64,000 bases of DNA from Plasmodiophora brassicae (GCA_036867785.1 CP145409.1:1798001-1862000); one strand, 5' to 3'. Shown: positions 44,303-58,561, counted from the first letter of the stretch. Notes: a model not told the origin generated them from the sequence alone. Numbers and translations are program-made.

Positions 44303-47300
44303 TCATTGACGCTCCAGGATCCAGACATCGTTGGCCGGGTGGCCGTCGGCGAAACCGCCGAACAGGACGGCGCGATCGGGTCCGGCCGCGCACAGGCAGG
44401 CGCCCGCCCGGGCGGACGGGCCGACGTCGACGCGGATCGGGGACCAGGACGCGGCGCTCCATCGGAACAGGGTGGGGCGGAACCTGGACACCGATGCGCC
44501 CATGGGTTCGCCCGCTGGCGGGGGCGCATCCGAGATCAGGAGCAGGTCGCGCCCGACAAGTTCCATCAGCATGCCGCCGGATGCTTGCGGTCCCGCGTCG
44601 ACGAGCGGGGTCGTCGCCCCCCATCGAAAGTCGACGCCCAGGACGGAGACGTTGGCGTCGAGCAGGCTGCCGCGATCGCCGACGCCCCCAGCGACGGCGA
44701 ACGCTTGCCCGACGCGGACGAACGAATGCAGGTGCCTCGGAGACGGGGATTCGCCAACGGTGCCGATGGGCGTCCACGTGTCACTCGTCGATGAATACCG
44801 CCAGACGTCGTTGTATGCGCGCATGGCATTGCGCCCGCCAAACAGGAGGAAGTCGGTGTCGCTCAGGCGAGCGAGTCGATGACCCTGCCGTGGCTCGGGG
44901 CGCAGGCCGACCACGCCGCCGGTCCATTGACGCCATTTCCAGATCGCTACACAGCGCGTTCAGCGGCGCGGACGATGCGACTCGATGGAGTGCCCTTACC
45001 TGTGTCCAGGACGAGCAGGTCGTTCGTGCAGGCATGGCCGGTAACGCCCCCGAACACGAACATCTTCGATTGGATCACGATGGCAGCGTGGCCGTGACGC
45101 CCACGAGGCGTCCGCCCTCGAAGAACCGGAGCGCGTTCCCATCGGCCGCAGGCGACGTCGAGGAGCCTAACGCAGGGATCAGCGTTCACAGGTCGACGGG
45201 TCGTGTCACGTACGTACCAGACGTCGTCCAGCTGCCGGTCGTTGCTGATGCCCCCGTACACAATCAGGCGGGACCGGTCACCGTCGAAGGCGCTGGAATG
45301 TTGGTGGCGCGGAGTCGGCTGATCTCCACCACTGTGCAGTTGTTGCCAGACGAAGACGCTTGGTGACGAGTTCAGCGCGCTTCCGAACAGGTCGTCGACC
45401 GGATTCGATGGCTGCGTCGTACTCGACTTACGAAGAATGTCGCGAAGACGTCGGTTCTCGTCCGCCAGGGCGTGACACTCATGCTGGTCCTGGGCCACAT
45501 GCTCTTTCGCACGTTGTGCATCCCCAGACCTCGGTGACGCGTCAACGTCGACGGTTTCCTCCGTTCGTGTATCTGACAGGGCTGATGTTGATAATCAATA
45601 ACGACAGGACAAGGAAGACCGTCTGTACCGGCGAGGGAGGCAGATCTGGCCTGGCGCACAGACGACGCTTCTTCCACGTCTAGGAACAGGAACTCGGCGT
45701 GCTGAAGCATAATTCTGCCTAGATTGATTGGAAATGATCCAGCGGCGTTCGGGTTGGTCAAATCCGACAGCGATATGAACCGGTTGCGGTGATACGTCTG
45801 GCTAAGCACAATGAAGGCGCAGAACTGGAGCCTAACGAACACACAAGAATGAGATGACGACAATCACCTGGGAACGGTAGCGCTTGCTTACACAAACTGA
45901 TGAGCCCCAGGGCTGATATCGACGCGGCTACGTTTGCCGGTGGTAGCGAACAGGTCGACCCATTGCCGAACTGACTTCCGGGCGTAATCGTTCAACTGGT
46001 CGAACACGACGCGAACGCTGTGGATGCGCGATGTCTCATTGAGCCCCGGATCCGTGACCGACGTCGACAGGGACGTGAGCTGTTTAGCGGACAGGACGGT
46101 GTCTTCCAGACCGAACACGGCTTCGCGAAGGACGGAGACCATCAGCACCAATGTCGGCGATGCTGGTAGCTCGACAGACACCCCAGGGCGTTGTTCGAAA
46201 TCTACGCATCCAAGGATCTAACAGGGCACGACAGGGGCTAATGCGAACGGCTACCGTTCACCATGGCTTGATACGCCTGCTTGGCACGCGTTTGTAAGAC
46301 GGGGTCACTGAAAGCAGTCGCAATCGCAGCCTCCAGGGCGTCATTGTCAACGTTAGCGCTACGGGACCAAGGTTCAGGCGCACGATTACGGCACAGTCTT
46401 TCGACGTACTGGCAGAATTCCTTGTCGCACGCGCTGACAATCTCTGAGAACAGATCGTGCTGGCTGCGGACGACGAGCGATGTCCTCTGTTTGCTCCTCA
46501 ACAGCGATGAAGGGCCCTTGACCCGGTTCAGCCATCGTAGAGCCATAGTTGGCTCGAATGACGGACACAGCCACGAAATCCACTGTGACTGGACAAGCAT
46601 GGTCGTGCCGACAGGGAGTCGGTCGTCTCACGACCGGTTCTGAAGCATAGCGAAACAGTCTTCGTCGCGGCACAGAAGACCGGGCGGCACTCGACGAAAA
46701 CGTTATCCGTCTCGAAGAATGCCGGGTCATCTGATCCACTTAACATATATAATAACAGCAATCACAGCGACCAAGAATATGGCAAGTGCCTTCCACGATT
46801 TGTCAAACGCGTCCTGATAGTACGCGATCTTGTCCATCAATCGCCTGCTTTCATCCGCCTTCTTGTTGGATGCCTGTAACTAGAGCACCCGTTCTTATTC
46901 GCATGCAACGGGTGGAGTCAAAGCGCCGCCAAACATACATTCGCCCTGGTGGTTTCCATGTGCTCGCGCTGCTGGTGAAGACTTCCCATGATGTCGGTCG
47001 ATACATCCTCCAGTTCAAATACCCTCCTCGTTGCAGCATCCGTTAACAACGACTCGCCTTCGTCCGCCTCTGGGCCGTGACTCGGTCAGGTCGTTGTTAA
47101 TTTGACCGACAAGCATCAACAACTCAGACCTTCGTAGTCGGCGGCCACCAGCTCCGCTTTGATCGCGGCATCAAGCTGGTTTTTAAATACCATCAGCTGC
47201 GTTCTAAACGCAAATTCCTTTGTCGAAAAGTATGCCGCATCTGAAGGCGATAGCGCAGCGAGCTCAAGTTCGAACACTTTAACCTGCCTAGAGGATCAGT

Positions 47301-47587
47301 GATCAGCCGTGCACCACCTCAACGTCCAGAACGAACACTTCTTTCTCCATCGTTGCATAAAATCCTCAGCTGCTGCAACGCCTGCAGCCTGTCGTCTGCC
47401 AGTCCAGCAGTCAGACCGGGCCGATTCGGGACGGCACCGGGCGCCAACCATGCGACTCGATGCCGACGGCACGCGCGAGACGCGCCTCCAGGAACGACAG
47501 CGACTGCCTGACGTCGTCGGCGAGGTCGCCGACGAGATCGACGCGCTCCACCTCGTCGTCGTCCGTCTTCTCCTCACTGGCCAACAT
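44303..47587 (-). CDS. large multi-exon protein with C-terminal kelch propeller; N-terminal exons may form a TBC-like region or a separate gene
   Basis: Kelch repeats PRHQHS..IVYGG, GRHGHAA..FVFGG, PRQGH..LLFGG at 44303-45400; upstream exon chain inferred from GT-AG boundaries. Confidence 0.6.
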
Positions 47588-47780
47588 CGAAAAATATGCC
47601 GCGACTGCAGGCGCGCTCGACAGACCTACAGCAAGCAGCCGCGCAGAGCAGCTGACGACTCGCGCGTCTGACGACGCGAGTGGCGGCCGCAGTGATTGGT
47701 TCTCGTGAAAGGACGCCTGCGATACGTATTGTTGCTGCGGTTGTAGTTGTTGTTACGTACAGGTTCAGCGTCGCCGCGTT

Positions 47781-48938
47781 TCAGACCTGTCCGAACTTGT
47801 CGTGTAGTTTGATGTCGACGCCAGCAGCGTCATCGTTTTCGATGCCGAGACGTTCCTGCGGTAGGGTCCCCGTTGAGCACTCTGCGAAGCCCCAGGTTGT
47901 CGTGGGGTTTGTTACCTCCATCTCCGATTTCTTCATCGTGGACTCTTCGCCCATGATCATGTCGACCAGGTCGTTGCAGTATCGGCGGCGCTGTCGCCAC
48001 AGTTTCTGGATACGGAAAGGTCAGGAGAAGACTTGGCGATTAGAACCCAATACTGACCAGGTATCGTGCATGGTCGCCGCGGATCTGTCCGAGTTCCTCG
48101 TCGGAGACCAACTTTGCCGCTGCTGCTGGGTCTTTGCCTTCGATCTTCTCAACCAGCGCCTTCTTCTCCGTCAACTTCGCTTCTGCGTCGGCAACCATCT
48201 GTTGCAACTGTTGCAACGTCGGCCTGGCTTGCAGCGCAGCGATAGTCGCCGCCTGACCCTTCACGGTCGCCTTCAACGTCGAAAGCGTTTCTTCCATTTC
48301 TTTGATCTTCCCGTCCATGGCGTCGATCTCGCTCTGATCAACGTCGTCGAAGTTTGTTTGGTTGGCCAGATAGATGCTAACCTGCCACCACCAGATGTAA
48401 GGAACACATTATAAGGCAGCAGAGCTTTCACCTTTCCGAAGTCTTTCCGTTGCAGAACGCCGCTCTCAGAGAGCTGGTTGAGAATCTTCGGGACCGATGC
48501 CTTCTTGACGATACCATGGAGGTTATCGAAGACATTCAGGTGCGAATAGGGCCGGTTCTGCTGGAGCATGTAATCCTTGACGATCCCGACCGCTTTGGCG
48601 TCCGATACGGTTTCAACTTTCGCCTTCTTGGCAGTCGACCCAGCTCCATCGCTGGCGGCGGCCCGCTTCGACACATTTTCCTTGTTATCCGCTGCTGCCT
48701 TCTTCGTCGTCGGCGTCTTGCCTTTGGTCTGCGCCGCTTTTCCTGTCTTCTTCGCTGCCGCCTGCGACTTCTTCGCCGCCGGCTGTTTCTTCTTGGGCGT
48801 CTCCTCGAAATCGGAATCGACCTCCGCCTCGCTTTCGCTCTCGCTGTGCGCTTCGAAGGCGGCATCGCTGCCCTCGTCGTCGTGGACAGTGTCACTGCTG
48901 ACGCTGTCACTGCATTCGCTATCACCACCTCTGGCCAT
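47781..48938 (-). CDS. HOP2: meiotic homologous-pairing protein HOP2 (TBPIP), multi-exon
   Basis: DYMLQQNRPYSHLNVFDNLH..VKKA..KDFGK winged helix, coiled coil, WRQRRRYCNDL. Confidence 0.88.
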
Positions 48939-49043
48939 GATGTCGGGGCGCCGCTACCTACAATAATAGCTGTGCGGATCGACGACCACTTCCCAGTCCC
49001 AACTCCCGCGGCAGAGTAATCGTACGAACAACATGGTGTTTAA

Positions 49044-49641
49044 TCATATAAGGTCGTTCTCTTGGCGCAGGTATTCGCCAGTATCTCCCTGGTGGAACGC
49101 AACGATGGCAGTCGGGTCCAGCTTGCGACATTCTTGCGTCGAATGGGCGGTCACGCCGAATCCAAGCGGAATGTCCGACATGGACATCACGACGACACCT
49201 TGGTATTTGACCGTGCTCTCGGTGATACGACCCAGTCCCGATTTCAAGACGTGGTTCCCGTACAGGTACGACATCTCCGACGAAGGTTTCACCCAGACCT
49301 TGTACTGTGTTCCACGAACGCGTCAGACAGATGATTCATACTGGAGCGTTCAGACGAACCTTTGCAAACTGAGACAGGTAGTCTAGGGCAGTGATATGCA
49401 GGCGGAACTTCTTCGTCTTTGTGAACTTCCCGAAGCAGGTCCCAGCCGATAGCAGGTGATCGCTGGACACGTTCAGCGCCTTCTTCAGGACCGCCTCACT
49501 CATGTAGAAGACACGGTCGCGGTGCAGGCGGAAACAGTATTCGCCATCTGGACGGTCAATCAGGTGCTTGATATTCCGCCCGATGAACTTGGCCAGCTTC
49601 TCAAAGAACACGGCGGTTTCCTCTTCGTTCAGCGGCCGCAT
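49044..49641 (-). CDS. NIP7: 60S ribosome biogenesis protein NIP7 (one intron)
   Basis: [62 protein letters not shown]. Confidence 0.95.
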
Positions 49642-49880
49642 GGTTGGTGCCGTCTGAAGTCTCCCACGCAGTCCGTACGCGGTTTCCGCACGCCGTCACG
49701 GCGTCCTCGCAGTGGCAGCAACATAAGACCGTAGGCGGCACGTCGATTTGTCGCAAATCGCAGTTCATTTTCTGTCGAGTTTGTGACGGGAGTGTGGAGA
49801 GCGCTGCTGGGCGCTGTCCAGCCGAACGGCACGAGCCAATGAAATCGATTGGCGCCGCGGCCGGGTGCTATCGGCCGTGT

Positions 49881-51590
49881 ATGGTGCTGCTGGTTCGGGT
49901 GCTCGTTAGCGGGCTGCGGGTTGTCGTCGCGGTTATCGATATGGCGTTTCGGCCTCTGAAGCTGTGGGGCATTATTGTTCACTGGCTGCTGTCGCAGTGC
50001 AATATGGCACTCGTTGATGCCATTTACGAGTTTGCGGCGCTTTATGCTAACCTTCAGACGCGCTTGACAAGTACCGGTTGGTCGTTGCTCTTCCTATAAC
50101 CAGTGACGCCCGTCTAATGGTTTTGCAGTGCCTTGGAGTAACGTGCAACGAATGTACAACAGCAGGTCAGTCAACTATCCGTACCTCCTCTGCAAGGGCC
50201 GTTTAACTTCTCCATCTTCAGAACAGACGCCGGATTCCGAACGTTTATGGCCCTGATCGAACCCTTGATGTTCGAATGGATGAACAACTTCGACGTCGAG
50301 GACATCATCGACATTGTTGACGATATATTTGACTTTCTGGACGCGATGACGTCCGCTATCGTCAACCTGCCCGTTACTGTCATCAAACTATCCCTCTTCC
50401 CGGTCGTCGCAACGGCTGAAGCTCTGGTCACGAAATCTAGTGGCCGTGTGTACAATTCCATGTGTGGACCCGATCAACCACTGCGTGTTCTCGCTGAATG
50501 AATCATGTAATATAAACTGTGTACACACAACAGAGTTCTGCAATGAGCCAATGAGCCAAACCCTAAGCGGAGGTTCTACATGAAGCCCGATGCTGTCAAG
50601 ACACTCTGCTTCTTCGGTCCAGCCGTACTCGAGACAAGATACTTTAGACTTTGTTGAGACATGACCCATCGCACGTTGATATGGAATCAATGGCGGACAG
50701 CTACCTTGTAGGTGACCACGACCGCATCCTGAAGCATTCCCCACCTTGCCGCTGCGCGGATCCGACCGGCCGTTTCATTATAAATGTTCTGATGCTCAAC
50801 GTTGGCGTATCTGTAGGTACAATTCATTTCCTGATGGACGTCACATGCATTATCCATTGCCCACATATCGTCAGTCATTGTTGTTGACATCGTCTTTAAG
50901 GCCACACTTTGTGTGAGTCCAAATGTTGTCCAGACATAAACAATCTCTACGTGCAGTTGCCATAAGTTGTATTCGTCTGTTCAGTGCTGGCTGTGCAGGT
51001 CCCAACCAGTTCACTGGGGTCGCTAAGAAGGCGAATGTCCTCACGACCAGTTGACCAGCGATCTGGCTGTCATCATACAGGCCTCGAGCCGTTGTCCAAG
51101 CCATCGTTATTGCAAATAAGGCGACAATATTCGTGTAACGAAAGAGGTATCCTCGCATGTCAGCCTACCTACCACGGGTAGTCCTCGGCACGCTATTGAC
51201 ACTTGCGACTCACCGCTAACTGGTCGTTATCCCTTGCCGAGGAAAGCGGACATGTTCGTCCACCGTCCAGGTAGCCGAGCAGTACCCGTGGCGGCGGAAA
51301 CTTCGTGGGCAGCGACAAGCCCGTATCCGCGTGCAATGAAGCTTCGAGGGGTCCCATATCGTGAGGCCCGCGACCCCACGCTTCCGGCCGATACGGTTCT
51401 TCTCCGAAATGCAGATGGAGCTAGCACCGGATGCGATCACGTTGGACCAGTTCGGTTCGAATGATTCGGGACACGAAGAAATCAATAAGGGCGGTTGCTT
51501 TACTGGACATTCTGGTACGCCGCGAACATCTTGGGAATCAGTTCATTGTACCTGGCAGAGATTCCATCAACTGTTAAACACAGAATGAAG
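49881..51590 (+). CDS. possible multi-exon hypothetical membrane protein
   Basis: Series of coding-like plus-strand segments with hydrophobic stretches; exon structure unresolved. Confidence 0.3.
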
Positions 51591-51608
51591 CAGAAAGCCA
51601 GGGGCGTC

Positions 51609-52812
51609 TTACGTGCCGGTGTCTTTCCCGAAGGTCGTCAGAATTACTTCGTCCAGCGACCCCTTGTTATCGTCTTGCTCCAGCCAGTCCTTCACAGCGT
51701 TCAGAGCAACTTCAGCGGCCTGCCGTTATCGTTAGTGTGGTCATCCAATTTCCAGTGGTTCAGGAACCCGGTCCCAACCTGTCGTTTCGGGTAACCATAG
51801 ATTCCAGTCGAGATAGTCGGAAAAGCGATCGAGCGCAGGCCTTTCGATTTCGCAAGACCCAGTGCGTTCTGATACACGTTCCGGAGGGTTTGTTGATCAG
51901 ACTTGGACGGGTTTTTGTTTTCCACTTGAGGTCCCACAGCATGAATAACGTACTTCGCTGGAAGATTGAACCCTATCGAGCGCTCAGAGCGAATGCGCAA
52001 AGCGATGATTGCGTCCTCGAAACACACCAGGGGTGATACGAACATCGCCAGCCGGGCACGGCCGGGTCAGCTTGTCGCACGCATTTCGAAGTGCGTCTGG
52101 TCCCGCCGCCTCGAAGATGGCGCCACACACGCCTCCTCCGTGTCGCAATTCCGAGTTGGCAGCGTTGACGATAGCGTCGACCTCCAACTTCGTTATATCG
52201 CATTGAGGGGGCACCTTCACCAAGGTATCGAATATGCGGGCATGTTGGCCGATCTTTGAGCAGGAATGCGAGTTCTTATTGGCAGGCTTTGCCACCGAAC
52301 GCAACTTCTTCAAAGAACAAGGTTAGCATACCAGTACAGCACGACATCAAGAACGAATGCTTACAGCGACAGCAGCAGCAGTGGCCGCTACAACGGGAGC
52401 AATGATCAGACGGCGCGCCCTCCAATAAGGGGTCGCTGGTGCAGGTTGGGTAGAGCCCGGCGTTCGACGATGCCACAAGTAGGCGCCAGCAGCAGTCGCT
52501 CCAACAGCTGCTGCTCCGCCTGCACCAAGTAACACCGAGCGACCAGGCCGCCGCAGAGCCTTGACCAATTGCTCTATAATTAAGGCAGTCCACAGTCACC
52601 TACTGATTCGTGCACATGTCTCCTCCAAGGGACAAACCATTTTCGGGTTCAGAAGTCGTAGAGGAAGATTTGGCTGCATGCGGCCGAGGAGATGCACGAT
52701 TCACTGCGAAGTGGACAGTCAGGCCTATTCCGGTGCCGACTACGATGAGTGACAGGGCCAGGACGGTGATCAGTTTCGCATGGATGATGACGAACGACGG
52801 CAGACTTTGCAT
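51609..52812 (-). CDS. MacroD-type macrodomain protein with N-terminal hydrophobic segments (multi-exon)
   Basis: [56 protein letters not shown]; upstream exons are hydrophobic. Confidence 0.8.
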
Positions 52813-53635
52813 GGCTGTGTTCGGACAAATGCAGAATGACGACAACCAGGCGAAACGCAGCAACTACGGATTTCTGCCCGGATTAAAAATAGCATTTCGA
52901 AGCCGAAGAACGTGCGGCCGAACTTCTCTAGACACTCTCAAAGCACGCCGCTGGCTCGTGACGAGAAACGAATTTTGGATCAAGGTATGGCGTCAATGTC
53001 AAGAACGAGGACCGTGGTGCCACGATAACGCACTAGCTCGGACGGAAAGATCACGAGGGCAAGGTGCCTTTCAAGGCCCGTCCTGATCAGTGATCACGAA
53101 CAGTCACGGGAAGTGCGGAACGGACTGCGCATTACCACCTCATGAGGGTGACCTGAGGGAAAAGCGGTAGTGCGCACCAAGGCTGAAAGTAGCAGACGGT
53201 ACGCGAGGGCTGTCGGGGACGTCGCGGGTTTGTGACCAGGATAAGGAGCGCACGGTAGCCAGCGGACGTGTCGCGTCGGCTCTGGAAGACCATGAGCGCC
53301 GGCGTTTAGCTGCTGGTTCGTTGGGCAGGAGCTGGAAGGGTTCATTTGGTAACGGAACGTGAGATATAACACATTGGGGACGGAGCTGCCGTGCCCGTTC
53401 TTCAACAACTACACGTCCGACTTCAACCAATGCCAAACATGTCACTCGTCTGCAGGGGCACGGGCCCGTTTCCACCTTGTCGCTGAGCGGGGAGAGGGCC
53501 CCGACGCTGTTTGGCGTATTTTGTTGTTTTGCGCTGTCTACCCTCGATCGGCTCCATCGCCCCATCCGGCCCACTGGACGGTCATTGTTGTTGCGTGGCG
53601 AACGTGTCGCAGACTGCAATTCGTCGTCAGTGTGC

Positions 53636-55419
53636 ATGGCGACAGTCGCAGCCGTCTGGGCGCCGTTCGCGTCCGGGTCGAAGGTGCCCGCGAGCGCGAA
53701 GACGCCGGCAGTGCTGAAGGCTGTGTGGCAGGGCGTGCCTGAGAAGCACCCGATCCGGGCGAATGTCTGGCGACTCGCCCGGGAGCAGGACGCGCTGCCG
53801 CCCGTGCGCGGGCTGCCGAAGGCTTCGCGCCAGGTCGAGGAGAAGGTCGGCATGGAGCTGAACTCGGAGGGGTGCTTCGCGTTCGTCGGCGGCGCCGACG
53901 CGCCTGCCGTCGAGAAGCTGCTGATGGCGCATGCTCAGCGCGGCGCGCTCGACGATTACATGCCGGGATCCGTCCAGCTTGCCGCCCTGCTCCTTCAGGA
54001 ATTCCATAACGACAGCGCGGAAGCCTTGTCAACGCTACTCGCATTGACGGCCAAGATTTCGACCTATTTCGCGCATTCCCACGTCCATCTCCGACGGGAT
54101 TGCCTCGTCCTTGCCGACCTGATCGTTTCGCATCTGAAACCGCTGGCCGACCACCTCAACTCAGTCCAGTTCGACGTGTAAGGCTCCCACGTCCTACCAG
54201 AGCGAACGGTCGCTGATAGTTCTGCTGTTCCAGGATCGACCTGACCGACCTGGTGTGCGTCTGGGCGGCCCCGATATTCGTATACGCGTTCCCGAAGCCG
54301 TTCGTTCTTCGGATGCTGGATCTCGTGCTACTTCATGGCCCGGCGGTCATCTTGCCGGTCATGTTCGGGTTCTTCAGCCATTTCGCTGGCGACCTGTCCG
54401 TCCTGCACTCCAGTGACGCCGTGTTCGATTTCCTGGCCACCGTGCCGCCGTCCCTGTCGTCTCGCGACCTCGACTCCATATTTCGGGCCGCTGAACAGCT
54501 GGCCTCGCAGTCTGACCTGCTGGCCAAGATGCGAGCCGAAAACGATTGGATAGCCACGGTTGATCACACGGGGATCCCAACGTTCGTTCCTGGGTTCTTC
54601 AACGAGCCCGTCGTGAATCCAGTGCCTGGAACCGTTGACGTCAAAGCGCTGTCTGCGCGGTACGAGTCTTCGTCAGGCGCGTCCGACTCTGCTACTAGGG
54701 GACTCGGGAAACCGTCCAAGGGTCCTGCGGATGGCGTCGATCCCGCCGGCGAGGCTGTCGTCGGGTACGACGGCGATCTGGCAGCTCAGCTTGCCGCTGC
54801 CGAGAACCGGCTGAAAAACCAGGCGACGAAGATCGCCAATCTTGAGAAGCAGATCCTCGTTCTGGAAGGGAAAATGTCTTCTCAGAGCACCAAGTCTCCT
54901 CTGCGGCCGGCAATGTCGTCGGCAGCATCCTCTGCCGTTGTCAGGGAGCTTCAGCTTCGTCAGGAGAACACGGCCGACGTCGAGGACGAACTCGCCAAAG
55001 TTGCCATACACGTCGAGAGTGGTGCTGGTTCGGATCGCTATCGTTCCCTCAGCTTCAGCCAGATGAACGAGGTCTTCAGCAAGGTGCACACGCTGCTGGA
55101 GTTCCCCTGCATCTACATCGAAGGGTACCTGCTGAAGCTGTCGCGTGGCGGCCTGTTTGGCCGTCAGGTCCTCAACCAGCGCTGGTTCGTCCTGAAAGGA
55201 CGCTTTCTGACGTACTTCAAGACCGCCGACCAGACGAAACCGCAGAAGGATCGCTGCATTAGCCTACGAGGTTCGACCGTATCCGCAGTCGACGAACATC
55301 CCAAGGGCCAGTTCGCATTCAGCATCCACACGAACAAGGAACACTACCTGCTGTTCGCAACGTCCGCCGAGGAACGCGAAAGATGGGTCGATGCGCTCCG
55401 ATCGGCAGTAAAAACATAG
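53636..55419 (+). CDS. Rab-GAP TBC-like domain + coiled coil + PH domain protein (intron ~54178-54233)
   Basis: QGVP..IRANVW, YMPG, PFVLRMLDL; EGYLLKL..QRWFVLK..ERERWVDAL. Confidence 0.8.
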
Positions 55420-55517
55420 TGGCTTTACTATTGGTAGGTGGGCCTTGGACGATAGATATTTATCAACCGTCCTGCTGATCGACGCTCGATTAGTTGCGGC
55501 GACATGAGCGGCCAGCA

Positions 55518-57076
55518 ATGGCGAAGGTTGGTTTGCGACCAGGAAACCCCTCGTCGTTCAACGCGCTTACACGGCACAGTGCACCGGGGGCGACGATAAT
55601 CTCGAAGAGCACCCTGGACAGGATCCGGCAATCCGTTGCACCTCGAGGCGCCGCATCCACCGATGAACGCCTCCATAAGGTGCGCCCTGCCTTTGTGCCA
55701 GCGCTATGATCGATCTAACACGACGATGCGTTCCCCAGCTATTGGCGTTGAAGGAGCGATCGGCGGCCCGGGTGAAGACCTGGGGAAACACGCTGGAGGC
55801 GTCGCGTCAGAAGTTGCAACGCGAACGCGCGAAACGTCTCGAAGAGGCCGAAGCGGCGCAGGTCCTCATCGACATTGCGGAACAGAAGCTTCAGGAAGCC
55901 AATCGCAGAGCGGTGATCGACCGAGCCGACCGCGCCCGGTTCGAGGACAGCGATCCGGTCAAGCGGCTGGCCAGCGCGATGCTGCTGAGCGACATCATGG
56001 TGGACCGGGACGTCTGCCGCCGCGTCAAGAACGCTATTCGGCAGGAGGAGGAGGCGACCGAGGAACGGTTCCAGGCGCACCTCAAGGCACAGTTAGAGGT
56101 CTCCCAGGTGACTGAACATGCACAGCACGCGAAGCGCCATGAACGACAGCTTGAGGCGGCGGTTGTTATTCGTCAGCAGAAGAAGGAGTTGGAAGCGAGA
56201 CGCGCGCAAGCGATCGAGGAGGAACGACGAGAAGGTGACCGGCTGCGACAGCAAGCGGAACGGGAACGGGTTTGCGAGGAGGAAGAGGATCGGCAGGTCG
56301 CGTTGGAGCGCGCTGCTGCCATGCAGCAGCAGGTTAAGGCGAACCAGCAGCGAATCGAGGAGAAACGGCTGGCGAAGCTCGCCGAGGTCGAGGCCCTGGA
56401 GCAGGCGAAACGCAGGAGCGAGGAGCGGCAGCGGTTGACGGATTTGCTGAAGTCGAAGAACGAGGAGCGCGCCAGGGTCAAGTTGCAGATTCGGGAGGCG
56501 ATCAACGAACGGGTTAGCCGGGAGCAACGGGAGCGCCAGGCCGCGGTTGAGCATCGCGAGGAGCTGGCCATGCAGCAGACGAATGACGTGGAGAAGGAGA
56601 GGGAGGCGGCTCGGAAGCGGAAGCAGGCCGATCTGCTGGCCCAGATGAAGGCGCAGATCGCGGCACAGATCAGCGATATCAAGGCGCGGAAGGATGCAGA
56701 GCGCCTGGAGAACGAGCAGGCGCTCGCCAGGGCGATACAGGAAGCCCAGGCGTACCAGAGAGAAGAGCAGGAGAAACTGGCCGTGTCCAGGCAGAAGGCG
56801 CAAGACCTGGCGAAGTTCCATCGTGCTCAGATCGCGTCCAGGTCGGCGCTTAAGTCGTCGATATCGGACAAGGACCCAGGGACGGAGACACAGAAGGTGA
56901 ACGCCGCACAGGACGCCCAGAAGTTCAGACAGTTCGCCAAGCAGGTCACCGAAGCGTACGCCAAAGAGGGCAAGTCGACGCTGCCGATCGTGCTTGCACT
57001 GAAGCGAATGGACCTCAGTGACGAGGTCCCTGGACAGCGACAGCGGCAACCTGCTCACGACACCTGCCCTTATTGA
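55518..57076 (+). CDS. cilia-associated TPH-domain protein, CFAP210/CCDC173-like (intron ~55680-55738)
   Basis: SAARVKTWGNTLE...LIDIAE...AVIDRA...VKRLASAMLLSDIMVDRD followed by a long E/R/Q coiled coil. Confidence 0.7.
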
Positions 57077-57653
57077 CGTGGCATATGGAACAATTTGAGC
57101 CCATGAATGACGGTCTCGATTAATTCATTAACTCCCCTCGAAAGCGAGAGACTGTCATGTTGCCCACTGCGCTTGTAGGAAGGAAGGGCGGTAGACCTGC
57201 AATCACGTGTTCGCCGACGATGATACCAGCCAGGAAATGAAACAGGTGGCAGGAAACGACCCATATCTAGAGAGACACCCGGTACCTACAATGCAAGGTC
57301 GCATCTGGAACCGAACGGCTGCGCCCTCGTGAAAACGTGACGTTCCACACGGCAGGAGTATCGGCACTGGTAGCAGCAGGGCCCGGATCCCTTCCAGCGA
57401 CGACCATTCAGTTAGGCGAGCCCGCGCGCGCGAACCACCCGCAGAAGGTCATGGCGTCCACATCGCCAGGAAGGCTTTGGAGTCGAACGAAGGCTAGACG
57501 ACGTTACATAGCGACGTTCCTAACCAACAGCCATTGCAGGCAGTACGCGATACCTATCGCCCTGACTCATATAGCACACGGGAGCGTTCGAGTTAGAGGA
57601 TGCGCCAAATGTTCAATAGGTGCATATATCGTGGTCGCCACCGATCGCCGTCG

Positions 57654-58561
57654 TCAGGCCTGCTCGTTCCAGATGCGTACAACGTCTGCGGCCAGGGTCT
57701 TTGGGATATCGAATTCGCGTTGCGCGCTTGTAACCTGGACAGCGTCCCAAGGGGTAATCCCCTCGACCCGGCACATTGGGCAGAGGTTGGAACCTATCAG
57801 CCAGCGATCGATACAGTCCACATGGAAGCGGTGACCGCACCACAGGTATCGGAACGTCATGACTTGGCCAGTGGACTCGTGACATATTACGCATCTGGTG
57901 GTGATGTCAAATGGCACGGCTTCCAGCACATAAAACAGTGGCGATTACTCGTTGTCGTCATGGTCGACCTCGTCTGCCAAAACGGTACTCGGACCGATGA
58001 CTGAAGACTCGCGTAGGTCACCGACTGATGGCAGGGCCGGCATTCGTGTCGTCGGCAACGGCAGGGTGATCCCGATGGCAATAATGAAGAGGCGGATCTT
58101 GAGGTTGTCGGCGGCTGACAGAAGCAGCTGAATCTGCATGGTTGTACTCTCTGCGAGATTGGTTCGGACCCATTGGCAGGCGTCATCGACGTCCTGTTGT
58201 GCCAGCAATTAGCAACCTAGGGCGCACACGGCAATCATATGCGACCGTGTACCAGATCCCGCTCCGTGATGAACTGTACAAGCAGGCCAAACACGCCACG
58301 GGTTTGCCAGGGCTTGTCCTGCAGGTGCATGGCTGCGACGTCTCCATAAATCGGGCAGTTGACGCGCTGGAAAGCAACGGCGCTCTGAAGAAGGTCAGGC
58401 GAGTGCATGGCCGCACGCTCGTCTGGCAGCTCGTAAGTCTTGTCGTAGGCGATAATTTTAAAGGCGTGTCCAAGTGCAGCGACAAGGGCGACGACCATCA
58501 GGAGCCGACGTGACATTCGCGTCGCGGGCGTGAGACATGGGACATGCTGGTGGCTGGACAT
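57654..58561 (-). CDS. signal peptide + SKP1/POZ-like + RING-H2 protein, copy 3 (two introns)
   Basis: RRLLMVVALVAALGHA leader, ERAAMHS, LLLSAADNLKIRLF, CVIC...CGHRFHVDC...CPMC. Confidence 0.8.

Noticed and set aside
43737-45366. Arg-rich 346-aa and 373-aa ORFs
   Set aside because: Alternative-frame artefacts of GC-rich kelch and CRAL-TRIO coding sequence.
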